Shown here piece by piece: positions 22,827 to 37,391 of a stretch of DNA of 64,000 nt. The stretch covers positions 248,001-312,000 of the forward strand of contig OY253683.1 in assembly GCA_958009085.1 (NCBI GenBank). Direction: 5' to 3'. Made by a program: the position numbers and the translations under genes. Numbering within the stretch: the first letter of the stretch is position 1; each line of letters opens with the position of its first letter. The stretch comes from Protoeuglena noctilucae. Its lineage: Eukaryota. Below the pieces are notes generated by a model. That model ran no database searches and was not told the origin of the DNA. It saw only the letters and a program-made list of their open reading frames with translations.

Positions 22827-25215
22827 ATGGCGTGGCGGTCCTTGCGCCATCGGTGCCCGCGAGACGCTGGCGATGCTGCGCTGGAGTGCTGGTCTCGTGG
22901 CTTGCTCGGGTCCGGATCCCGAGTTGCCGGCAGCGGAGTCGCGTCGACATTGCCGCCGAGCCACCCTGGCGTTCGACATCTCCCGCCCGTCGGCCCAGCC
23001 AGCAGCGCTGAAACGCTTGCTGGTCGGATGTACCACGCACGGACTGTGTCATCGTCGGCAGACGCGTCCTGTCGAGCTTCCCAATTCAGTGCGATGGGCG
23101 CAACGCCACACTACAAGGTGACTGGCCGCGCCCTGGGGCCCGCATCGGTCCCTCGCTGCCGTCCATGACGACATCGATGCTTCTTTGCCTTTGCATCTGC
23201 CCTCTTTTCCCGAATCACCCGCTTCTTCGCGTTCCTGCAGCGTCTCGTGGAAGTGCAGGAGGCCGGCGATGCGGTAGAAGTCCGCGAAGGCCCCCTGGCA
23301 GCCTACCTCGCGGGCGTCAAGGAGGGTATATACCGCCGGGACGCTAGGCAGGAGGTGAGCCTGTGCCGAGCACGTGACGCATGCGACTGCAGCAACGCCC
23401 CACCGGTCTCTTCACATCGGAACGAGGTGCCAACCCACCGCTGCAGTCGGCGATGGAGCACCTCCAGCGCCTGTACATGGACATCCGCCGGCGGGTGCGG
23501 CCGGACGGTCGGCCCTCGGGGCTGACCGTGGTCGAGGCCAAGTCAGCGCAGGACCAAGGGTGGCTGCTGTCGATGTTCTCCCGGCGGCGGGGCGAGGACA
23601 GCCCCGTGCGCGCGGCCCTCGCTGGCGTCCAGGGCCTGTACCTCTACGGCGGTGTGGGCTGCGGCAAGACGATGCTGATGGACGTCTTTGTGCGGGTGGC
23701 GCCGGAGGGGTTCAAAGTCAAGTGAGTGCGCGGACAGAACGGAGGGTGTGAGGCAGGCCCCACCCCGGCGCTGCGAAGGGAGCCGCAAGAGCCGCACTGG
23801 ATGCCGCGTCGCAGGCGGGCGCACTTCCACGACTTCATGCTGGACGTTCATCGCCGCCTGCGGGACTGCGAGTCTCAGAAAGACCCTCTGAGAGAGGTGG
23901 CGGAGGACCTGGCCATGCACATGCGCGTTCTGTGCCTGGACGAGCTCATGGTGAGTCCCCGGCGTTGCGGTGGTCGTGTTTGCGCGGTGACCGCGCTCGC
24001 TCCTCAAGCGGGCCCCGCTTCTGCATTCGCAGGTGACGGACGTGGCGGACGCGATGATCCTGGCGAGGCTCTTCAGCCAGCTCTGGGACCGGGGGGTCGT
24101 GCTGGTGGCCACGAGCAATCGCGCCCCGCAGAAGCTCTACGAGCGGGGCCTGCAGCGAGACCTCTTCCTGCCCTTCATCCACGGGCTGGAGCAGAACTGC
24201 GTCGTGCACGACATGGCGAGCAAGACAGGTGCGACGGATGGCGAGGCTGCCACAATGCTGCGCATAGCAATGTGACGACGTGCTCTGCCCCGACCCTCAG
24301 AGGAGCCTCATCAGTCTCTGAGAACCCCGCCCTGGCCGCAGACTACCGCCGGCTCGCGCACCACACCCAGGGCGCGTTCCTGGTGGGCCCTGCGGCTGAC
24401 TCAGGGATCGAGGAGGCGTTCTTGGACCTGAGTCGGGGCGACGTGGCGCACAACGCAACGGTTGAGGTCATGATGGGCCGGATGCTGCGCGTCCCTCGCG
24501 CCGCCGCGCGCGACTCGGTGTGCCTTTTCACCTTCAAGGAGCTCTGCGAGGTCAACGTGGGCGCCTCGGACTACCTCGCCCTGGTCAGCCGCTTCCACAC
24601 GGTCCTGCTCAAGGGCGTGCCCGTCTTCATCCAGGCCAACAAGTCCGCGGGGTTCCGCTTCGTGACCCTCATCGACATTTTGTACGAGGTACGGTGATGC
24701 GTGTTGTGACGGACATGGCGAGAGGCATCGCAGACCCTCGTGCGTAGCGGTGCATCTCTCTAGCAACCCACTCTGTGCCCTGCACGTGCAACGCAGGCCC
24801 GTGCCCGGCTGCTGTGTTCCGGTGAGGCCCCGCCCGCGTCCCTTTTCGAGAACGTGCTGACGCACGCGGAGTTCACGGAGCGCCGCGCCGCGGACCCCAA
24901 GATCGACGATGCTGCGCTGGTGGTGGACGACAACCTGGGATTTGTCAAGGACCGCACCGTGTCGCGGCTCACGGAGATGGTGAGATGGCGGTATCGGCAT
25001 CGAGAGCAAGGTCAACAATCTTACTGCGCGGGGTGCATCGAAGGCCTGCCTTGCCCATGCGTGTCGGTGACCGTGTGACGAGCTCAGAGTGCGTCCTTGT
25101 TTTTCAACTGCCGCAGGGGTCGTTGGAGTACCTCCGCAGCCACGCGGAGCTCCACGCGCCCGAGCTGCTGCTGGCCGTGAGGGAGGCGATGGACAAGATG
25201 CAGGCATCCGGATAG
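22827..25215 (+). CDS. AFG1: AFG1/ZapE-like mitochondrial AAA ATPase
   Basis: Walker [28 protein letters not shown], Walker [37 protein letters not shown]. Confidence 0.95.
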
Positions 25216-25397
25216 CGCAGGCGGCGTCGTGGCAGCCGACGCTTGCGTCATTGATCGGCGTCCCCTCTCTCTCCCGTTTCACCCTTCACACCACTTTCTC
25301 TCCACTCTGCACTCTCTCTGCCGAACGAGCGCTGCTTCATGGCGCACGGCCTGCCCTCAGAGAACGTGCTATGCCGGCCAGGGCGTGACCTTTGCTT

Positions 25398-27122
25398 TCA
25401 AAGACTCTGCAGCAGCGTCTCCACTGGCGGCGTGACGACGATGTGCTTCTTGACGTCCCTGCACGCGAGACAAGCGAGATGTGTTACGCAAACATTGTAC
25501 GTCGCCCAGGCATCCCTGCAGCAGCGCAGTGCCGCGATCGCCCCATCGAAACCCCCGCATCCACTCACCCCAGGAACAGGCACACGTGGTCCTCCACACT
25601 GAACGTCACCGCCTCCTGCTGGACCCCAGACAGCGTCGCCGGGCTCACTTCCAGCTCTGCGGCACCGACGAAGCACAAACTTACTGTTGGCAGCTCATAG
25701 TCGCAAATCCGCTTTCTACGAAGCTGGCGCCATGGGCACCCCAGGACCACGCCCGCCCTCGCACCTACGTCCCCGACTCTCAGCCCCACGGTCCCGTCGC
25801 TGTACTCGACCAGAGTGCCCAGCCTCGACTTGGGCGCCGTCTCCATCCGCACCGGGATGCCCCGGCCACGCACGGGCGCTGGACCCGCCTCTGACGCCCC
25901 AGCAGAGCCACCCGGGTCCTTGGTAGGAAGATACGCCGGCAGTATCTCCGGCATCTGGACCAAAAACAGCTCTCCGACGTCGTCCTCCGAACGCCTGCGC
26001 CAGCAAACGACCTCGCGCGATGCGGTCGTTGACCCTGCCAGCAGCACACCGGAAGGCGCATGCGGGGCTGGCGTGCGTTGCGCCCACTCACGCGTTCCCC
26101 AGCCCCAGCCCGCGTGCCGCGTCTTGCGGGAGTGCGTCGACCATGGGCTCCAACTCCGGGAAGGTCGGCTTGCCTTTGGCTCGCGGAGGGCGCTCCCCCG
26201 GCGGTACGAGCGGCAGCGTGATGGGCGCGTTGGGCCCGACATCCGCATAGGCCTCCTGCCCCTCATCCTCCGCGTCACTGCGCAGCCGAAAGCAGCTAGG
26301 ATATGACTGTGCATCTCTCAACTGCCCACGTGCCGTGGCGTGCCAGGGCACCCCTGGCACCCGGGCAAGGATAGGTACTGTGTCTGGCGTAGCACAAATC
26401 ACACTGCACCGGACCCCACCCAATGCATTCCCTCCCAGCCCCACCTGTCCATTGGCCCGTCGTGGCCCTCTCTAAATGCCAAGGTGCCGTCCGGCGCCTT
26501 CCTGACGCTTGTGCCCCCTTGCCTCCCAGCCCCAGACCCTTCCCCGGTCCCCGACCCCGACGGTCCCCTCTTCACCGCACGCGTGGCCTTCGCGCTCTGG
26601 TCCCCCGTAAAGAAGGAAGTAACAGCTGCGTCAACAAGGAGGGCGGAATCGCAACGCCGCTGCTAGGCCCCGACTCATGCTGCGCTTGCCGGGCGACACC
26701 GCTCCAGTTGCCCCGCAGCGGCGCACCGAATCCGTCCCGGCCTCCCTGTCCCGTCCGCTTGACTGGCCCCGCGCGGTTGATGCCTTTGTCCTGCTCCTCC
26801 GCCCTCGCTTTCAGGTGCTTGAACACTTCCTCTGCAAAGTGCGGAGTCGGGAACCCAGAGCTGGCCGCTGCGCCCTCGCTGCGGCATGACACGCGCATGG
26901 TCCACTCCCCACACGTCAAACAAGCGACATTGACCGACCGTTCGACGAGGAAATCGGCAACGTGCCGGCTCCAGACGCCGAGGGCCCCGGCTCCTGGCCC
27001 TCGTCCTTGGGCTGCACGGGCTTCCGCCTGGCAGCCGGCGCCGTGGGACGGAAACGCATTTTGCTGCCTCCTAGCTTGGCGGCGCTCGACGAAGGCCCGG
27101 CATCGTCGTCCCCCCCAGCCAT
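25398..27122 (-). CDS. RPC4: RNA polymerase III subunit C4 (RPC53/POLR3D)
   Basis: MRFRP..AARRK, PITLP, ELFLVQMPEILP, GTLVEYSDGTVGLRVGDV, LG|DVKKHIVVTP. Confidence 0.88.
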
Positions 27123-27566
27123 TTTGAGGCCGCCTGCGTGCTTCGAGCTGGGACAGTCATGCTGCCGACAGCCAGTGCTCATGCTTGTTGAGTAGCTCAA
27201 TCACATCCTTCATGGACAGCCAGAAACTGCATTGGGGGCGTGAGAAAGTGCCTAGCTGCGCACCTAGCCGCCCCTCGGGGGGCTTCCCGGCCACGGGCCG
27301 CTTGGAGGCGCTATCTTTGTCCATGTCGTCCACCAGACGGCGTCAACGGTCGCGATGCGTCCATCGGGTGACACTGACGAGCAAGAGCTTGCCTGGCCTT
27401 CTGGCCCGAGCGGGCGCCGCGCCAGGAGCGTGCCAGTCGCGAGTCCATTAAGCAACGCGCACCGTTCAGTTCGTCCACTATCTCAAGCATTGCATCCATC
27501 TGTGCCAAACGGCAGTCGTCCATCGGGGGGCGGCCCTCCTACCTAGTGCCGCGTGCGTCGCTGACG

Positions 27567-29124
27567 ATGAGCGTCCCAATGCGCTCTAGTTCCATGCAGG
27601 CGTCGCTTCCGTGCTCCTCACATCTAGGGACATCGCGGCCAGCGCTGCGGCCGGTCTGGCGCCCGCGTGTGTGCCCCAGAGCGAAGGTAGGAGGCGCCGC
27701 GGTAGTTCAGCTGGATGGCGCGGGCCAGAGCGGCGGCGGCCAGCGCTTTTGACACGTGGCTGTCTATCTGAGGCTCCGCTGGGTTCGTATATTCTGCACG
27801 ACAGCCTCCCCGCAGCCGGAGGGTGGGAAAGAGATTGGCCTGGCCGCGCCGGATCTGAAGGCGGATGGTGGTAGCAGCGACACGTCGGGGAACGGCTCGA
27901 AGTGAGTGAACTGGACTGGGCGGCGCGGGCAACGGCGCCCCGACGGCTGCGGGTTCTCCCTCGTCTCCGATAACATCTGCCGCGACGGCTGCTCCTTCCC
28001 CCCGCTCACAGCTCGAAGGGGAAGCCGGTCGGCGAGGATGGGGAGCGGAAACCTGATTGGTGCCCCCAGTTCCTGTGGGACAACCGCGACGACGTGGTCA
28101 CTATCGTGGGTGCGCTCCTTGTCTCGTACGCGATTCGCATCTGCATCGCCGAGGTGACGCTCGGCGGACGCGCGTGGGGGCCGCGCATCCCTTGCGCTCC
28201 TAGCTTCTCACGCGCGCTCCCGCCGCACCGCGCCGCAGCCGCGCTTCATCCCGTCGCTGTCCATGTACCCGACCTTCGACATTGGGGACCGTCTCGTGGC
28301 CGAGAAGATCACCTACCGCTTCAAGCGCTCCCCCGAGGTCGGAGATATCGTCATCTTCCACCCGCCAGCCAATGCCTACCCCGAGCGTCACACCCCCGCG
28401 CTTTTCGACGGTGCGTCTCGCCACGCATGCTTTCCAGCCGCAGCCGCGATTCCTGCTTTCGCCGATTCGGCCCGAGCACCGGATTCCTCGCGCCGTTCGT
28501 AGACGACGTGTTCATTAAGCGTGTCGTGGCGGTCGCCGGGGACGTGGTCGAGGTCCACGACGGCACGCTGATCGTCAACGGCCGCGCCAGGGTGGAGCCC
28601 TATCTGAACGAGGTGAGGCGCTGGCGACGAATGGCAGACGCGCATATCCGTCAGCTGAGCTATCGTTTGCGGCGACAGGGACGTGGCGTGCGCGCGAGTC
28701 TCACTGCAGAGTGGCTCCTCACGCCTGGACCACCTCGCGTTGCCTGCGCTTGCATCTCCCTGGCCGCTCTTCGCCGTGCGCAGAGGCCCGCGTACGAGCT
28801 GCGCGCGCTCCGGGTGCCAGACGACTGCGTCTTCGTGATGGGCGACAACCGCAACAACTCGTACGACTCGCACGTGTGGGGCCCTCTGCCGCAAAAGAAC
28901 ATTTTAGGCCGGGCGACGTGGAAGTACTGGCCGCCCACGGTAAGCGACGCGGCGCTGCGAGCTGCAGAGGCACTGGGATAGAGAGGCCACTGCTCATGAC
29001 TAGGTGTGGTGTCACGGCTCTTTGCATGTACTTACACAGCTCGTGCCTGTCGTGGCTGCAGAAGTGGTTCGATGACCTGGCGTACAGTGGGTCCGAGACG
29101 GCTCCCCAAGCCAAGCTGGACTAA
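27567..29124 (+). CDS. Plastid type I signal peptidase (thylakoidal processing peptidase/PLSP1-like)
   Basis: [20 protein letters not shown] (catalytic Ser), FIKRVVA (catalytic Lys), [19 protein letters not shown]; transit-peptide-like N-terminus. Confidence 0.93.
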
Positions 29125-29368
29125 CAGGTCAACATGATCCCCGCGCAAGTGGCCGTGTCAGAGACCTGGAGGTCCCCGTGACTCCCACTGTCAGACACGG
29201 GGCGTGGCTGGCTTGTCTCTCGACCGTCGTGTTGAATGTCGGCAATAACCACGCCTCGCTATGCCTTTTTGGCTCTGCGTGGCAACATTGCCCCTAGATG
29301 TGCAGGGTTGAAAGTATGGTCAGCCACTATCGGCTTGCAAGGGGCGCAGACCGTCGGTGCAAGCTGTT

Positions 29369-32300
29369 TCATGCCTTGTCCTCTCCCTGTCCCTTCTCTG
29401 GTGTCCCCGGATCTTCAGACTCGCTGCCTCCAGCTCTTTCACCGTCGCCACCGTCATCATCATTCTCATCGTCGTCATCATCAATGCCATCCATGATGCC
29501 CTCGTTGTCTTTCGTCTCCTCGAACAACGCCCCCGAGCTCTCGGCCCTCCCCGGCAGAATGGCGTACAGCTGCCCTGCATAGGCCCAACAGGACAGACAT
29601 TGGGCACACCATGCCTGTTCCTTAGCAGCCGGGATGTGCTTGGCCCTGCGCCAATGCAGTGGCCAACACCTGCCCAGTCATGACGGCAGCACCGGGGCAT
29701 GACCGCAGGCACTAGCCACACGATCGAGAATGGCACCAGCAGCCCTCTGCTCACCAGCCAGGACTTCCTCAACACCCTCCGCCCCCCCTTCCAGGCACAT
29801 CTCCATCAGATCCACCTCAGAGGGGGGTATCACCCAGTTAACACACATGCTCACGATCTGCAGCTCCTTCCCACGACCCTCCATATCAAATTGCGCCGAG
29901 CACTGGGGAGGCAGCGAGGCGATGGGCGCGGTTTTGACAAGTGAAAAGGCATCGCTAATCCATATTCATGGTCTATGAATACATTTACAACAGTCAGGGA
30001 CCTCAGCTCCCGCTCCACTGACAGGCAGTGGGCAGTGTTGGGTCTATCGCGCCTTGCCCTCATATAACCCCACCATGCATTCGTCGACACCTCACCAGCA
30101 TGTCCACCGTGCCGTCAAACTCGTCCCCGGGAATGCCCCACTTCTTCTCCGGGCCGGTCCGCTCGCTGTCGGGCTTGCGCGGCCTCGCCCTGGCTCGCAG
30201 GTGATCCGCAGGGATGGGTGCCGTCCAGACCCAGTCAAACACGATGTGGTAGTCGGGCTGGACCTCCTCCCGCGGTGGCCTGAGGGAGCCACGTTGACAC
30301 AGGCCAGGTCACACGCATAGGACATGTCACACAGAGGCAAGGTCACATGCACATGCCACATCACATGCGCGGCCTGCCTTGCTGGAGTCGCCCTGCGTCA
30401 GGGGTGGACAACCTCTGGGTGACACTATGATCGTGTGATTGTGACACGCACAGTCGCTCTTTGCACCCATCTAATTACTCACCAGACGCGGAAGTTCGAC
30501 GGTTCGCCGTCCTTGGGGTCCTTGTATTGCGGGAAACGCGCGTACCAAAGCCGCTGCGGACAGAGAAGCACAGCGACGCTGGCTCGCTCGCCCCCACATC
30601 ATCACCGACACTCCCTGGGCACCTCGACTTGCTCAGTCCCCGAACTGCCGACCATGGCATGCATGACGCAGTACTACTCGCATGTGCACGCCAACCACAG
30701 CAAGCATCGTCACTCACTGCCATGCATCGCTATGCGGCGTCACTCAGCCACCCATCCCGCCCCACCTTCGGGTGCAGCGTCCAGTCCATCTCGTCAAAGC
30801 CACCCAGCACGGCCTCCGCTGCATCGAAACCGACGACCTCGCACCAGTTGTCCGAGTAATGAAGCTCCTCGTCGACCAAGCCCCGGTCGTGCAGCACACG
30901 CAGGACGTCGGCCAGGGTGCCGAAGCGGTCGGCGCGGCCCCGGGTCAGCACCGTGTTGCGGATCGTGTACATGGCGCCCCGGATGCGCGTGAACTCGTCC
31001 ACCTGCGCACCAGGCGGTGAGCAGGCGTGTCGTGACGACTGCTTCACATCAGGCCGCTTCTCATCAGGCCTCGCCAGCTACCCTCTCACACATTCGGAAC
31101 ATGACATGCCAGCAGCGCCACCGCCCTCGCCTGGTGCGGCTCGACGTCCGGCGCAGCCACGTTGGGGTACGTGTCATCGTAGATAAAGTCCGAGGATCCC
31201 ATAGCATCCATGAAGTCCCCAGGTCCCAGCGGGGGCACCTTGCGGCCCGGGGGGGCCTCGGGGTCGCCCTGGTAGCGATTCCAATCGTCAATGCTATTCT
31301 GGGAGCACAGAGGGTGTGTTGATGTTGTTGTTGATAGCGTCAAGGCAAGGTGGGTTGATGGGGACATTACACTGGCAAGCACATCTACAGCTCGCCTGTA
31401 TGCGCTGTAGAAATTGCTCCCGTGGCTCCCCCGGCAGCTCCCCCGGGGGGCCGCGGTAGGGCAGACGGTCCACCTCCATCCGTGCCGCACGCTCCCCGAC
31501 CTCCTGCACCCAGTCCGGGTCCGACCCCTTCCCCGACTCCGTGTACAGGTCCGGCTCGCTCCACTCCTCCGACGGGGGCCGCTTCGGGCCAGATGCGGGG
31601 TCCACAGGGTACCCCATGTCTAGCCACGACCCATACCCCGCACGCTCCACCCGCGTCACATACCGAGCCCTCCCGCCATCGCCCCCCGCTGCTCTTCCAC
31701 CGCCTGTCGTCCTGCCACCCCCGCCACTACCACCCGCCCCGCTGCCGTCCCGTGACTGCCGCCCTTGAGCGCTCTCTGCGCCAGGCCACTCATCCGCACC
31801 CTCCCCATCCCGACCCTGGGACCCCGCGTCGCCCTCATCGAGATCAGAAAGCGGCTCCGCAGAGTTCATGAAATTACGCGGCCGGCGGATCCCCGTGTGC
31901 AGGGACGTCTCGCCCTCCGCGTCCTCGCTCAGCTCCGGAGGCAACTCCGGCCCAAACATGGCCTCCCTGCCAGTGGCCCCGCTGCCCACCTCGGGCCCAC
32001 CCCATGCGCCTTGCCCTGCCGAACCCGGCCCAAACACGTGCTCGTGCATCTGTCCCACCAAACCGTGGCCCAGACCACCCAGCGCCTCACGGAGGGTCGC
32101 CCCGGTGCCCGAGTCCGGGCCGTCCCATGGGTTCTTGGCGCCCGTGTAGCCCTGTCTCCGCCCATCGCCATTTGCATCAGCACCTGGTTTAGGCCGCGAC
32201 GCAGAAGTGGCACCCGATGACCGGGCACTTGAGGACCCAACACCCGATGACCCAGCCTCTGCTGCATCCGCATCGGTGGCACGCTCCTCGCGTCTTGCGG

Positions 32301-33638
32301 CCGCTTCCCGCTTGCGCCTCCGGATGTCCTCCACGCGCCCCATCATGCTTGCCTCCTGCGCCATCGCCATCTCCACCGTGTCGTCGAACATCGCCCCCGG
32401 AGTGAACGGCAGTCCTGAGACGTTCAGCGCGTCCTCGAACGTCCCAGGAGACGCCTCCGCGATCATCGCCTCCACCGCCTCCGCCTCCTCAGTCGTCAAG
32501 TACCTGGGACAAGGAGCGGTGTCGAGTATGAGCTGAGAACATGACCAAGACTGCGGCCTGTGTTTTAAAGACGCAGGCCCACATCCACATCCCCGACTGT
32601 CACTCACCTCGCATCCGGGTTCCCCAGCATGCGCCACGCCTCCAGCGCGTCGATCTCCGGGTCATTCAGTCGCATCAGATTCTGATACACGCGGCGCCGC
32701 TCCTGCAGTGCACCACACGATGCCCAGACATCTCGAACACATCGGCACCCCTGCAAGGGTGCCCGCCACTTGTCACTTGTGAGCACCGGGACCGGGAGAT
32801 AACACACCGCAGCTGCGGCTCACCTCTGGGGTGGGGTTGATCCCCGACTCGAGACCGAGCTCTTGGTACAGAAGGGACTCCGCGGTGGCACGCTCGGGCG
32901 TGCCGTCCCACACCACCGGCTTGTCTGCCTCCAGCAAGCCCGTTTCCCGGTACAAATCCTGCTGGGCAGGGCAGAGGATACGTAGCGATGCAAGGCCAGC
33001 GTGCCGCTACCTCAGAGCAACTGCAGCGCACGCGTCGTTCGTGGGTGAGGCAACGCGCCTCCAGGTTCCTTGGCAGGTCTCGGTACTCTGTGTGGCGTCT
33101 GATGGCACCCGAGTTATTGGCCCAGTCCACGAGCTCCTGCTCCTCCGGGGTGAGCGGGCGGGCCACCGCTCGGGCCTCCTCGAGTGTCCTGCGGCGTCGC
33201 ATACGACCCGACGTGAAATCTAGGCTCAGGAATACACGACAGAAGCCCGTGCGACCGGCGCGCACCTCTTGGCTAGGATCGCTGCCTCCCTCTCTGCGCG
33301 CTGCGCCTCCCGGGCCGCGCTCAGGACGTCATTCAAGCCCGCAGCCTTGGCACGAGCTTTGGACTCGGACACTTCTGCGGCGGCGAAAGTCACTCTCGCT
33401 TAGCCGGCTCCATTGTCATCAACGCAAGGTAGCTGCGCACGCCGATACATGACGGGGCACCTGCATCCTCCGCCCAGAAGCCCGGCGCCCTACTTGACGC
33501 ATCACGACCGCTTTCCGGGTCCCCTGGACCTCGCTCAGCACGCGTCCTCGTGGCGATCCGATCATGGCTTTTGATATGCGTGCAGAGGATCTCCGAGCGC
33601 GCCGGAAAGGTCGCCAGGGGCGCGCGCAGGCCAAGCAT
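29369..33638 (-). CDS. Large hypothetical protein, probably organelle-targeted, with a possible C-terminal SnoaL/NTF2-like domain
   Basis: A chain of protein-like spliced exons (ELVDWANNSG.., LYRETGLLE.., YLTTEEAEAVE.., LHYSDNWCEVVG.., IVFDWVWTAP.., LQIVSMCVNW) ends in an acidic tail. The fold call is pattern-based only. Confidence 0.55.
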
Positions 33639-34042
33639 GGCAGCTACCAGGCCCCCCGCGTGGGCCCTGAAGCCCGTGCAAATGCAGCAGGGCACCAGCG
33701 TCACCGTGGTAAGCAAGTGAGTGCGCGGCCATCGCTTGAGAGGCCGTCGGGAGGCCGCCGGCCTGTTTGAACCCTACCGTCAGTCCCATCGCCAGCATTT
33801 GAGCTGGAACGCTTCATTGCCCGTCAAATTATCATCTTTGCAAGTACTGCTACGACAGACTGGTGGCGCTGCCTGCCGCCGCGCGCGTCCGTTATTCTGC
33901 CGCCCCACGGTCGGCAAAGCCTTCGCGCGACGTCAACCGGCGTTCGGAGATTGAGGGACTTATTGGGATTGTTGTTTGGCTAGGCATTTCGTTATATCCG
34001 TGTCTTCCGTATCGTGATCCGACCTCGCCCATCGCCGCCGAG

Positions 34043-35830
34043 ATGGCGGGCTTGGGCGATGCGGTGGCTGTGGCGGACATCCCTGGCCGCGGGAGAGGCC
34101 TCATCGCCGCCAGAGACATCAGGGAGGCAAGTGGCGTGATTCTAGTCGCATAGATTGCATTTTGAAGTCCCCCACATGTCAGCGACGGCCACCTCTCGTG
34201 CGTTTCTGCCGCAGGGCGAGGTCGTCCTCCAGGACTGGCCAGTTCTCGCGGTCCCCAGCGCCGAGATGAGGCACGCCGTGTGCGGAGCGTGCCTGAGGAT
34301 GTGTGATCCCGGGAGCGGGGCCGGAGCGACGTGCACGGGATGCGGACAGCAGGCTTTCTGCAGCGAGGTGGGCCCGCGCCCATGCTTGCGTCGTCATGCT
34401 CTCTCGACACCCGTGCGCCGACCGAACGGCACATCGACTCCCGATCTGCAGTCCTGTCGGTCTTCCGCGGATGCCCCAGGCGCGCATCACAGCGTCGTGT
34501 GCTCTGGGTACCGTTCCATGAGTGACATTCAGGGCATGACTATCGACGACAAGGAGGCTCTCACGGTGCTCATCCACGCCCAGGCGAGTCTATGAATCCT
34601 AGCGGATTCGTTGCCGCATGCGCTGGTTCTCATTGGCGGCATTGCACCATGGCAATGTGTCGTGCATCGCAGTCCCTGCGGTTGGCTGCGGAAAACGGCG
34701 ACGAGCAGGCGCGGCACAAGTACCAGGCGATCCTGGCGACGTGCGGGGATGGGTCTGGCCGTGACGCGCTGGATTCTGGCGCCATGCACGCCGCGCTGCA
34801 GGCCTGCATGCCTGGGGTCCCAGGTGAGGTCCGGTGCACAGGCGTGCCCTTTGGCGCATCCCTTGCGCCACTCGCGCTTTGCCCGCTCGCTAAGTGCGAC
34901 TGCATTTCTAATGGGAATTGGCATTTGTGGTCTCTGCGGATGCGATGCGCAGATCGCCGACGGTGGGTGACGGTGACGGTGCAGCTGCTCGCCTGCCCCC
35001 GCAGTGATGCCCTTGCCGGAGATGCGAGCGGTGTTGGACAAGGACGCCATGAACTCATACGCTTTCCTGGCCCCTGTCGCCCCCAACTCGGGCGCACAGG
35101 AGCGCAGGGTGCGGGGCTCTGCCGTGTTTCCAGTCGCCTGCCTGGTGAGGAGCCGTGCGCACCATGCGGCCTACACTACGCCGCCCTCTCGAAATGCTCC
35201 CCTGCAGCATGGAACACGTTTTCGTGCTCCCAGGCGAACCACGAGTGCACGCCGAACGTGGCACGGGTCGACAACCCAGACGCCACGGGGCTGGCGATGC
35301 CTTTGGTGAGGGTCAGGGTGCGCATCCACACCTGCGCAATGCACGAGGTCATGACGTGACTCGTTCCCATCTATTCATCTCATGCAGGTCGCACTGCGCG
35401 ACATCCCGGCAGGACAGGAGTTGCAGCTGTCGTACGTGCCGCTGCACTGGCCGCTGACAGACCGTCGGGAGCGATTGGAGCAAGAGTATGGCTTCACGTG
35501 CCAATGTGACAGGTCAGCTGGGTGACATGCGGATGGGGCTTGGCAGGCGCACCCAGCGCTGCCGTCGCTGGTGCAAGGAGGTCTTGTTATGTGACTCGAC
35601 ATGATTGTCATCGCTGCAGGTGCCAGACAGAGGAGCTCTGGGGCGGCGAGGAGCCTCGCCTCGACTCCGAAATGGACTGGGCGGTGCATATCTTCCTGAC
35701 GCGGTACGTGTGCCCCGGCTGCGGAGGGACGATGGTGCCCGTGGGTGTTGGGGCAGCGGGCGGGGTGCAGTGCAACGTTTGCTGGGAGAAGCGGGGCAAA
35801 GACGACTGGATGCGGGAGATCGAGGGTTAG
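34043..35830 (+). CDS. SET/MYND-type (SMYD/ASHR2-like) lysine methyltransferase
   Basis: GRGRGLIAARDIRE|GEVV, MYND-like CxxC clusters, ANHECTPN, ALRDIPAGQELQLSY, post-SET YGFTCQCDRC. Confidence 0.92.
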
Positions 35831-35907
35831 AAGAGCCATATATGCTGCATATCCACTTTTGAACTTCGCGTGTACTATCAGTCACCTGAGGTTCAGACAA
35901 ACAAGCG

Positions 35908-37391
35908 TCAGGGCGGCGTGCCGTCCAATGACCACACCACTGCCTTCCCGTCGGCCCCGGCCGTGCACATGGCCTTGCCGTCCGCGCGCACATCGAGCGA
36001 CGTGACGGCCAGATCGTGGGCCCGGAAGCGCAGGAGGGGCGGGCCACCCATAACATCCCAGAACGTGACTTGGCCATCCTCGCCCCCCGCGCAGAGGTGC
36101 GCATCGAGCGGCAGCCATGCCCCGTCCGTCTTCGTCCCCTTGCTGACGTGGCCCGTGAACACCCCGAGCACCTCGCCGGTCCTCCGGTCCAGGCACCTGC
36201 GATGCGAGGGCGTTGCGACTGTCTCACAGTGCGGAGGGAGGGAAGAGCAAGGGCAAACGCTGCGCAGGGTCCCAACAGAGGGCGCGGCGCTGCGCGAGAC
36301 AAAGAGGTATGACTCACCGCACCGCGGAGTCGGCGCATGCCACCAGGATGAGGGCACCGTCTTCCGAGAAGCGCACGCACACGACGGGGGCGCCTACGGA
36401 GTCGGTGGTGAGGGTGCCCTGCCGCACGTCGAAGATGCGAACTGCATGCGCGCGGCAAGGGCGGTTGATCCCGCAAGGCCGGCCACGGCGAGTGCCACGC
36501 CACCTGCGCTACTCAGCCGCCTGTGCATCGGCTGCACCGCGTCACCTGTGCCGTCGACAGACCCTCCGCAAATCTCGGGGCGGGTCGGCGACACCGAGAC
36601 GGACATGACGGTGTCCTTGAAGGGCTGCATCGACTGCACCGCTTGGTAATTCTTCGACTTGGTGTCCCATATCTTGACAAAGCGGTCGTCGGACCCCGTC
36701 ACGATCAGCTGGTCCTCTGCCGCGAACTGCATCGGCGCAACACGCGTTGGAACACTTCATGATTACGGATCGCCGCAAGCATCGCCTCCTGCGCTGATGG
36801 AGGGGGTCTGCTGAGCACACGCCCCATCACCTTGCAGCAGTTCATCGGGAAATCGTGGCCCTGGAAGCGCTTGATGGTGCGCCCGGTGGCGACGTCCCAG
36901 TAGAAAATCTGCTTGTCGACCCCGACGGACACCAGCTTGGCGTTGTCGCCCGTCACGTCGCAGTCCTGTGGCCAAGGACACGTCGTGAGCGTTTGGTTTC
37001 GCCTCTGGAAGGGGCGGAGGCCTAGTCTGCAGATGCCGATGAGCTCTCACCCGCACTTCGAAGCCGTGGGACTCGTAGGTCTTGATGCAGAGGCCCTTGT
37101 ACGGGTTCCAGAGGCGCAGCGTCCGGTCCTTGCCGCACGTGAGGGCGTACTGGCCGTTCCTGTTGAACCGCACCGCCAGGACTGGACCCGAACGACCCAC
37201 CATGGTCCCACACTGCGACGATGCGAAGTGCGAACTTCCCCAGGGCTTGTGCTCAGCACTGCTCCCAATGCGCGAGGACGCAAGCGAGGTGCGCGGCGGG
37301 ATTCGCGACGCCTTGCCTTCTGCTTGGGAAGCTTATCGACGATGACGACTTCAGCATCCTCCTCCTTGGGTGCGGGGCCAAACTCGACCAT
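35908..37391 (-). CDS. WDR83: WD40-repeat protein 83 (MORG1)
   Basis: VLAVRFNRNGQYALTCGKDRTLRLWNP..IKTYESHG, FYWDVATG..RFQGH, KIWD..FKDTVMSV. Confidence 0.9.
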
